Of a stretch of DNA of 50,541 nt, positions 1 to 6,874 are shown piece by piece. A program made the position numbers and the translations under genes. The notes beneath the pieces were generated by a model that saw only the letters and a program-made list of their open reading frames with translations, was not told where the DNA came from and did not search any database. The DNA comes from Flavobacterium sp. GTDB lineage: Bacteria > Bacteroidota > Bacteroidia > Flavobacteriales > Flavobacteriaceae. The stretch's first letter is position 1, and each line of letters opens with the position of its first letter. The DNA lies in NCBI GenBank assembly GCA_017997335.1, contig JAGOFG010000001.1, forward strand, positions 1 to 50,541. Reading direction: 5' to 3'.

Positions 1-749
1 CGCTTTAAAACAATAGAAAACTTTTGCATAAAAGCCCCAACTTTATAATGTATTTTTGGTGAAGGAGTTTCGATAATTTTGTAAACTGCTTCTGCCATTT
101 CGAGAGGATTGCTTCCGCTATCCACATGTTCATTCATAGCTTGAAGTATATTACCATAAACTAATTCATAATCAGAACCTTTAATAATAGGAGCGTGATA
201 TCTTCCTGCTGCAATATTTGTTGCAAAATCGCCAGGTGCAATGTTCGTAATTGTTATACCAAAAGACTGAACTTCCATACGTAACGCTTCTGTAATAAGC
301 TCTAATGCACCTTTAGAAGCGGAATACACACTTCGATAAGGCAACCCCATATACCCAGCAATAGAAGTAACATTGATAATCAATCCTGATTTTTGAAGAC
401 GCATTTGTGGTAGAACTGCCTTCATAACTTCGATTGGACCGAATAAATTGGTTTCGAAATTATTTTTTATTTCTTCTGATGGAATCTCTTCTAAAGGCCC
501 TGTGATACCAACCCCAGCATTATTAATTACTACATCAATTTTTCCAGAAGTAGTAATAATATAATCTACAGCTTCTTTAATTGACGCTACATCTCTAACA
601 TCAAGTTTAATTAAAGGAAAAACTGAATCCTTATTCAAAGCAGGATTTCTACTTGTACCGTAAACAACAAAACCTTTTTGCTGTAAATAAATACCTATTG
701 ATTTACCAATACCCGAAGACCCGCCTGTAATCAATACAACTTTACTCAT
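1..749 (-). CDS. SDR family NAD(P)-dependent oxidoreductase (3' end runs off the window)
   Basis: Not in the ORF track; read by hand from ATG at 749: MSKVVLITGGSSGIGKSIG (TGxxxGIG), NNAG, and catalytic YSASK (YxxxK). Confidence 0.9.
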   Translation of the reverse strand, partial: MSKVVLITGGSSGIGKSIGIYLQQKGFVVYGTSRNPALNKDSVFPLIKLDVRDVASIKEAVDYIITTSGKIDVVINNAGVGITGPLEEIPSEEIKNNFETNLFGPIEVMKAVLPQMRLQKSGLIINVTSIAGYMGLPYRSVYSASKGALELITEALRMEVQSFGITITNIAPGDFATNIAAGRYHAPIIKGSDYELVYGNILQAMNEHVDSGSNPLEMAEAVYKIIETPSPKIHYKVGAFMQKFSIVLK

Positions 750-871
750 TATTTTAAGTTTATTATTTACCAATATACCTGGTAAAATCATTTTTAAAGT
801 CAAAACCGCTATGGGTAAAAATAAAAAAATCTTCCAAGAGGAAGACTACATTTGATAAAAAGAAATAAAAA

Positions 872-968
872 AAGGCAAGCGACCTACATCGCACCGCTCA
901 ACCGCTTACCCTTGCTGCGTTCCCACCCTGGGGGAGTCTGCAGGAGCTGGTCGTGTAGGACTTGCCGG
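872..968 (-). ncRNA. ffs: Small bacterial SRP RNA (4.5S)
   Basis: GC-rich island in AT-rich DNA. The minus strand reads GGCAAG...CCCAGGGTGGGAACGCAGCAAGG...CTTGCC followed by a T run: paired termini plus the conserved CAGG/GGAA/AGCA helix-8 motif. Ends are approximate. Confidence 0.9.
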
Positions 969-970
969 TG

Positions 971-978
971 CAAATATA
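971..978 (-). promoter_or_regulatory. Bacteroidetes sigma-ABfr-type -7 element for ffs
   Basis: TATATTTG immediately upstream of the RNA 5' end, with TTG at 998-1000 as the likely -33 element. Confidence 0.75.
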
Positions 979-1055
979 CAATCTTTTTATATTTTTGCAA
1001 GAGCTTTGACTCTTAAAAATATCGTTGTATATTGGCTTAATCAAAAAAATTAGAA

Positions 1056-2105
1056 ATGAAAAAACTCAACCTCCTTTATATCATTTTATTAGGAATTATT
1101 TTAACCAACTGTGGTAACACAAAAAATGGTGAAAATTCTATTTTTACTATTGATAATTCTACTTTTAAACCTTTTTACACAACAAAAGATGTCTTAAAAG
1201 TTGGTGTTTTGAATCCAAATTCTAAAACAATTGACAGTATTATCTATTTCATCAATGATGTCAAAATCTCCACTAATAAAGGAAATGCAGGTCTTGATTT
1301 TCCATTTAACAATCAAAAATTAGGCTACCAAAACATCAAAGCCTTGGTTTATTTTGGAGGAGATAGTTCTGAAGCAACTGCTAGAGTAGAATTAGTTTCT
1401 GATGTGCAACCAAAATTATTAAAGTACACTATCGTCAATACATTTCCACACGATGTAAAATCTTTCACCGAAGGATTAGAGTTCTATAAAGACACATTAT
1501 ACGAAAGTACGGGTCTAAAAGGTTCTTCTTACATCAGAAAGTATGATTATAAAACAGGAAAAATTTACAAACAAATCGATTTAGACTCTGCTTTTTTTGG
1601 CGAAGGAATTACAATTTTAAACAATAAAATATACCAGCTAACTTATAAAGAGAAAACTGGTTTTATTTATAATGTCAACACTTTCAAACTAGAAAAAAAA
1701 TTCACCTATGATAAAGAAATTGAAGGTTGGGGAATGACCAATGATGGAAAAAACATATTTCATACTGATGGTACAGAAAAAGTATGGACTTTAAACCCTT
1801 CAACTCAAAAGTTAGAAACAAATATCAATGTATATTCTGGTACTTCTAAAATAAAAAGCATCAACGAACTCGAATATATAAATGGAAAAATATATACTAA
1901 TGTTTGGCTAAAAGATGCCATTGCAGTATTCAATCCAACAAACGGAGCAGTTGAAGGTGTTTTGGATTTATCAAAATTAAGAAAAGAATTAAAAAGCCCT
2001 ACAGCAGAAGCGTTAAATGGTATAGCATACAACCCAAAAACCAAAACCATCTTTGTAACCGGAAAAAACTGGGATAAAATGTTTGAGATTAAAGTCTCTG
2101 AATAA
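1056..2105 (+). CDS. Glutaminyl-peptide cyclotransferase (type II glutaminyl cyclase), lipoprotein
   Basis: Lipobox LTNC. Motifs FTEGL, ESTG, FGEG, EGWG, INELEY, LNGIAY and VTGKNW of beta-propeller QCs. An extra N-terminal beta-rich domain precedes the propeller. Confidence 0.88.
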   Translation: MKKLNLLYIILLGIILTNCGNTKNGENSIFTIDNSTFKPFYTTKDVLKVGVLNPNSKTIDSIIYFINDVKISTNKGNAGLDFPFNNQKLGYQNIKALVYFGGDSSEATARVELVSDVQPKLLKYTIVNTFPHDVKSFTEGLEFYKDTLYESTGLKGSSYIRKYDYKTGKIYKQIDLDSAFFGEGITILNNKIYQLTYKEKTGFIYNVNTFKLEKKFTYDKEIEGWGMTNDGKNIFHTDGTEKVWTLNPSTQKLETNINVYSGTSKIKSINELEYINGKIYTNVWLKDAIAVFNPTNGAVEGVLDLSKLRKELKSPTAEALNGIAYNPKTKTIFVTGKNWDKMFEIKVSE

Positions 2106-2123
2106 TTTATTTTAAAACAAACA

Positions 2124-2176
2124 CACAAGTTTCACAGATTTCATGAATGTATTCGTGATAATTTGTGAAATTTGTG
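2124..2176. repeat. Long imperfect inverted repeat (REP-like or mRNA hairpin)
   Basis: CACAAGTTTCACAGATT-TCATGAAT pairs with ATTCGTGA-T-AATTTGTGAAATTTGTG. Confidence 0.7.
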
Positions 2177-2193
2177 TTTATACACATCATATT

Positions 2194-3432
2194 ATGACTA
2201 CATTAATTACAAACATCAAAGAACTTTTGCAAGTACGAAACTCTAATATTTTAAAGGTTTCTGGAGCAGAAATGGCTATTTTACCAACCATCAAAAATGC
2301 GTATTTGGTTATTACTGATGATTTGATATCGGATTTTGGTTCAATGGAAAACTTACCGAATATAAAAGCCGACGCAACTATTGATGCCAGTGGTAAAATT
2401 GTACTCCCTTCCTGGTGTGATAGTCATACACATATTGTTTACGCTGGAAATCGGGAACAAGAATTTGTAGATAGAATCAACGGTTTGACTTACGAAGAAA
2501 TCGCAAATCGTGGTGGTGGTATATTAAATTCAGCTCAAAAATTAAACGCAACCTCCGAAGAAGAATTGTATCACCAATCAGAAGAAAGACTTAAAGAAGT
2601 AATACAATTGGGAACTGGTGCCGTAGAAATAAAATCGGGATACGGATTAACCGTAGAAGGAGAGTTAAAAATGTTACGCGTCATAAAAAAATTGGCCAGC
2701 AACTACCCTATTGCAATTAAAGCTACTTTTTTAGGAGCACATGCCTTCCCTAGCCTATTCAAAGACAATAAAGAAGCCTATATTGATGTAATTATTAATG
2801 AGATGCTTCCTGAAATCGCTAAAGAAAATTTAGCTGATTTTATCGATGTTTTTTGTGAGAACGGCTATTTTACCGTAGCACAAACCGAAAAAATTATTAC
2901 GGCTGGAATTCAGTATGGATTACAACCAAAAATCCACGTCAACCAGTTCAATTCCATTGGTGGAATTCAAATTGGAGTTCAAAATAAAGCGCTTTCGGTT
3001 GACCATCTTGAAGTAATGACACCAGAAGATATAGAAGTGCTAAAAGGGACTTCAACAATGCCAGTTGCTTTACCTTCTTGCTCCTATTTCTTGAGTATCC
3101 CTTACACTCCTGCACGAGAAATGATAAAATCAGGGCTTCCGCTAGCCTTAGCTACAGATTTCAACCCAGGTTCTACACCATCTGGGAATATGAACTTTGT
3201 TGTCGCAACAGCTTGTATCAAAATGAAAATGACGCCTGAAGAAGCTATAAATGCTGCTACCCTCAACGGCGCTTACGCTATGGGAATCAGTTCTACTCAT
3301 GGAAGCATTACTATTGGGAAAAAAGCCAATCTTATCATCACAAAACCAATTCCTTCCTTTTATCAAATACCCTATGCTTTTGGAAGTAATCTGATTGAAA
3401 ATGTAATTTTAGATGGCAAACTACATGAATAA
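2194..3432 (+). CDS. hutI: Imidazolonepropionase
   Basis: DSHTH metal motif, GGGIL, EIKSGYGL, FLGAHA, DVFCE, ATDFNPG. Start moved to ATG 2194 because the upstream ATG at 2143 lies inside the hairpin. Confidence 0.95.
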   Translation: MTTLITNIKELLQVRNSNILKVSGAEMAILPTIKNAYLVITDDLISDFGSMENLPNIKADATIDASGKIVLPSWCDSHTHIVYAGNREQEFVDRINGLTYEEIANRGGGILNSAQKLNATSEEELYHQSEERLKEVIQLGTGAVEIKSGYGLTVEGELKMLRVIKKLASNYPIAIKATFLGAHAFPSLFKDNKEAYIDVIINEMLPEIAKENLADFIDVFCENGYFTVAQTEKIITAGIQYGLQPKIHVNQFNSIGGIQIGVQNKALSVDHLEVMTPEDIEVLKGTSTMPVALPSCSYFLSIPYTPAREMIKSGLPLALATDFNPGSTPSGNMNFVVATACIKMKMTPEEAINAATLNGAYAMGISSTHGSITIGKKANLIITKPIPSFYQIPYAFGSNLIENVILDGKLHE

Positions 3433-3462
3433 AAAAGGAGGAATTTACATTCCTCCTTTTTT
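3431..3462. terminator. Bidirectional intrinsic terminator
   Basis: A6-GGAGGAAT-ttac-ATTCCTCC-T6 between convergent genes. Confidence 0.88.
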
Positions 3463-3485
3463 ATAAAAAATCTAAATTTCATTTA

Positions 3486-4361
3486 TTATCTCAAAGTAAA
3501 ACTTGTTTTAGAAACCAATACATCTTTATCGAAAATATTGATAAAATAAGTTCCTTTTTCAAAGTTTTTACCTGGTAAATCTTCAGAAACATTTACCGTT
3601 TTATTCTCATATGCAACTGTAGTAGCAAAACTGTAAGTCAAAGTGTTTTCACCAAAAGTTTCAGTTTGTTTTTCTCCTAAAACATTGTTCTTACTATCAA
3701 TAACCTGAACATAATAAGTTTTGTCGCCTGATTTTGCAATTTGATTTTCAGCAATAGTAAAACTAATTTTTAAGATATCGGCTCTACTTGCTTTATCTGT
3801 CTCAATTTGTTTTCCAGAGCTTCTCAATTTATAAGCTGATGTTTTGGTGTTCAAAATAGTTAATTTTGCGCCTTTTTCAACTGTTTTAGAAAGTTCTTCG
3901 TTTTGACCAACTAAAACCTCGTTAAACTTTTTGGATTCACCTAAAACTACTACAGTACTGTCTCTTTGAGCAGTTACTTTTTCATTTGCAATTTTCAATC
4001 CTTCATTTTCTGTCATCAAAGCTTTCATTTTGTTTTGTAAAGCTGATAATTGCGTCTTGAATTTTGAAACATCGCCTTTAGATTGATTTAACTCGTCCAT
4101 AAGAGCAACAATTTTATCTCTTTCTTGGATTAATTCTTCAGACATTGAAGTATTTTCAGCAATTGCTGCGTCATAAGTTGTTTTTAACGTTTGTAGATCC
4201 TTCATTACAGATTCTTTCTCGGTTAAAGTCGTTGTTAATTCCGATTTAACCACCTCTGCGTCGGATGACATCTTGAAAATATATACTAAACTACCTACTA
4301 ATAATACTGCTAAAACGGCAATAATTGCCTTTAGACTTGAATTGTTTTGTTGTTTTTCCAT
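3486..4361 (-). CDS. Hypothetical single-pass membrane protein with long coiled coil and C-terminal beta-sandwich
   Basis: Hydrophobic segment at about aa 12-29, heptad-rich segment at about aa 35-165, then alternating beta-strand pattern ending GTYFINIF...SFTLR. Confidence 0.8.
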   Translation of the reverse strand: MEKQQNNSSLKAIIAVLAVLLVGSLVYIFKMSSDAEVVKSELTTTLTEKESVMKDLQTLKTTYDAAIAENTSMSEELIQERDKIVALMDELNQSKGDVSKFKTQLSALQNKMKALMTENEGLKIANEKVTAQRDSTVVVLGESKKFNEVLVGQNEELSKTVEKGAKLTILNTKTSAYKLRSSGKQIETDKASRADILKISFTIAENQIAKSGDKTYYVQVIDSKNNVLGEKQTETFGENTLTYSFATTVAYENKTVNVSEDLPGKNFEKGTYFINIFDKDVLVSKTSFTLR

Positions 4362-4379
4362 GCTTTTTTAATTTTTATT

Positions 4380-4438
4380 CAAATTTAGGGATATAATACA
4401 AAGGTATAACGTCTGTTAACATATTTATAGTATTTTTG
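4380..4438. promoter_or_regulatory. Back-to-back divergent -7 promoter boxes
   Basis: TAAATTTG on the minus strand (4380-4387) and TATTTTTG on the plus strand (4431-4438). Confidence 0.65.
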
Positions 4439-4449
4439 AAATAAAAAAA

Positions 4450-5490
4450 ATGGAAAAATTAATCCAATTCACGGCAAGTGATCTGGCTAAAATTACCAAT
4501 CATAGAAGTGGGGAAATTAAGTTCGGTGAAAAAATGGTAACCATACCAAAGGGCACAGATCTTAATTCCTTTATTAAAACTACAGAGGCAAAATATGTTT
4601 TATTAGGAATTCCTGAAGACATAGGAATTAGAGCCAATTATGGCAGACCCGGAGCAGCATCAGCATGGGAAAGCGCTATCAAAAGTATTGCAAATATCCA
4701 GCATAATCGTTTTTGCAAAGGCAGTCAAATTCTTGTTTTAGGACAAATAGATGTCCAAGAACAAATGAATGAAGTAGAAAATCTAGACTTCAATGATGTA
4801 GATGACCGATCAAAACTCAGTCAATTAGTAAAGAAAATAGATAAAGAAGTATCTTATATTGTTTGTAAAATTATTCAAGCGGGCAAAATACCTATTATCA
4901 TTGGCGGTGGACACAACAATTCCTACGGAAACATAAAAGGAACCGCATTAGCAAAAGGAAAAGCGATTAATGCTGTTAACTTCGATGCTCATTCCGACTT
5001 CAGAATTCTTGAAGGAAGGCACAGTGGCAATGGTTTTTCCTATGCATTTGAAGAAGGTTTTCTTAAAAAATACTTCATTTTTGGTTTACACGAAAATTAT
5101 ACCTCAAAAAGTGTACTAGACATTATTAAAAAACTTGAAGATCGCGTTCGCTATAATACATATGACAGCATTAATATTAGAAAAGAAAAAGACTTCAGAC
5201 AAGAAATGGCTGTAGCACTAGATTTTATTAAAAATGACCCCTTTGGAATAGAAATTGACTTGGATGCAATTCCAAATATTGCTAGTAGTGCAATGACTTT
5301 GAGTGGTTTTTCTATAGAAGAATTAAGAAGTTTTATTTCCTTTTTTGCTAAGCAAAAAAACGCCTCTTATATTCATATTTGTGAAGGAGCTCCAGATTTA
5401 GACCAAGAAAAAAACAATCACTTAATTGGAAAATTGATTGGTTATTTAGTAACCGATTTCATAAAAGGATACAACTTAAATTTATTATAA
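4450..5490 (+). CDS. hutG: Formimidoylglutamase (arginase/ureohydrolase family)
   Basis: GIPEDIGIRANYGRPGA, GGGHN, DAHSD and DLDA Mn-binding motifs; close to hutI. Confidence 0.82.
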   Translation: MEKLIQFTASDLAKITNHRSGEIKFGEKMVTIPKGTDLNSFIKTTEAKYVLLGIPEDIGIRANYGRPGAASAWESAIKSIANIQHNRFCKGSQILVLGQIDVQEQMNEVENLDFNDVDDRSKLSQLVKKIDKEVSYIVCKIIQAGKIPIIIGGGHNNSYGNIKGTALAKGKAINAVNFDAHSDFRILEGRHSGNGFSYAFEEGFLKKYFIFGLHENYTSKSVLDIIKKLEDRVRYNTYDSINIRKEKDFRQEMAVALDFIKNDPFGIEIDLDAIPNIASSAMTLSGFSIEELRSFISFFAKQKNASYIHICEGAPDLDQEKNNHLIGKLIGYLVTDFIKGYNLNLL

Positions 5491-5569
5491 AGTAAAAACG
5501 AAACCTTTCGATAATTTAAAAGAAAAACCTTCGATTATTAAATAAAATAGGCAACAAAAATAATAACAC

Positions 5570-5577
5570 TATCTTTG
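5570..5577 (+). promoter_or_regulatory. -7 promoter box for the DEAD-box helicase, inside an inverted repeat
   Basis: TATCTTTG, ending 46 nt before the ATG. Confidence 0.55.
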
Positions 5578-5623
5578 TTGCCTTATTCTTTGTACTATAC
5601 AAAGAATTTAAATTTCAAAAAAT

Positions 5624-6874
5624 ATGTTATTCGAAGATTTATCCCTTTCAAAAAGTATACAAAAAGCAGTATTTGAAGAAGGCTACACAGAGCCAACTCC
5701 AATACAAGAACAATCCATTCCGCTGGTTTTGTCTGGTAGAGACTTAGTAGGTTGTGCTCAAACAGGAACTGGAAAAACTGCTGCATTTGCAATACCTATC
5801 ATCCATCAGTTACATCGAATCGTAGGATCATCAAAAAAAGCCAAGGTCGTTAGAGCGCTTGTAGTAACTCCTACAAGAGAATTAGCTGTTCAAATTGGAC
5901 AAAATTTTGACACCTATGCAAAATATACTAATCTAACGCAATTAACTATTTTCGGAGGTGTCTCACAAAATCCTCAAGTCGATACCTTAAGACAAGGAGT
6001 TGATGTTTTAATTGCTACTCCAGGAAGATTATTAGATCTTCACAAACAAGGTTTTATCAACTTAGATCATTTACACACTTTGGTTCTAGACGAAGCAGAT
6101 CAGATGCTGGATATGGGATTCGTAAACGATGTAAAGAAAATCGTTAAACTAACTCCAAAAAACAGACAAACGCTTCTTTTCTCTGCAACAATGCCAATTG
6201 CAATTAGAGAATTAGCAGAAATGTTCTTAACTGATCCTGCTACGGTTACGGTTTCTCCCGTATCCTCTACAGCAGAAAAAGTAGAACAACGCTTGTATTT
6301 TGTTGAGAAATCAGAAAAAAGAAACCTTTTATACCATTTAATTAAAAATGAAAACCTGACTGATGTTTTAGTATTTTCAAGAACAAAACATGGTGCAGAC
6401 AACGTTGTAAAAGCATTACGTAAAAAAGGTATTCCGGCAGAAGCAATACATGGCGATAAATCACAAAATGCCAGACAAAGAGTTTTAGATGCTTTCAAAA
6501 ACAAAGAAGTTGGAGTTCTTGTAGCTACAGATATTGCTGCAAGAGGAATAGACATTGATCAATTGCCTTTTGTAATTAATTTTGATTTACCTAATATACC
6601 TGAAACTTATGTTCATAGAATTGGAAGAACAGGTCGTGCAGGAAATGGTGGGATTGCCATTTCTTTTTGTGGAAAAGATGAGCACCCTTATTGGAAAGAC
6701 ATTCAAAAGCTAATTAAGGTTGATGTTAAAACTATCAGCGATCACCCCTATCCATGGCAATCAGGAAACCCTGTAACACCAAATGAAAAACCAAAAAATT
6801 CAAACAGAAGTGGTGGAGCACATAAATCAAGAAAATCTGCAAATGCAAAACAAAATAAAAAACGTTGGTACTAA
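5624..6874 (+). CDS. DEAD-box ATP-dependent RNA helicase (RhlE-like)
   Basis: Q motif PTPIQ, AQTGTGKT, PTRELA, TPGRL, DEAD, SAT, ARGID, HRIGRTGR, and a basic C-terminal tail. Confidence 0.95.
   Translation: MLFEDLSLSKSIQKAVFEEGYTEPTPIQEQSIPLVLSGRDLVGCAQTGTGKTAAFAIPIIHQLHRIVGSSKKAKVVRALVVTPTRELAVQIGQNFDTYAKYTNLTQLTIFGGVSQNPQVDTLRQGVDVLIATPGRLLDLHKQGFINLDHLHTLVLDEADQMLDMGFVNDVKKIVKLTPKNRQTLLFSATMPIAIRELAEMFLTDPATVTVSPVSSTAEKVEQRLYFVEKSEKRNLLYHLIKNENLTDVLVFSRTKHGADNVVKALRKKGIPAEAIHGDKSQNARQRVLDAFKNKEVGVLVATDIAARGIDIDQLPFVINFDLPNIPETYVHRIGRTGRAGNGGIAISFCGKDEHPYWKDIQKLIKVDVKTISDHPYPWQSGNPVTPNEKPKNSNRSGGAHKSRKSANAKQNKKRWY

Noticed and set aside
2143-2193. 17-aa N-terminal extension of HutI in the ORF track
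   Set aside because: It is the translation of the intergenic hairpin; ATG 2194 gives a normal HutI start.
6100-6555. 151-aa antisense ORF, and similar ones (23941, 39791, 48617, 49474 and others)
   Set aside because: Shadow frames opposite conserved genes, with no motifs or independent expression signals.
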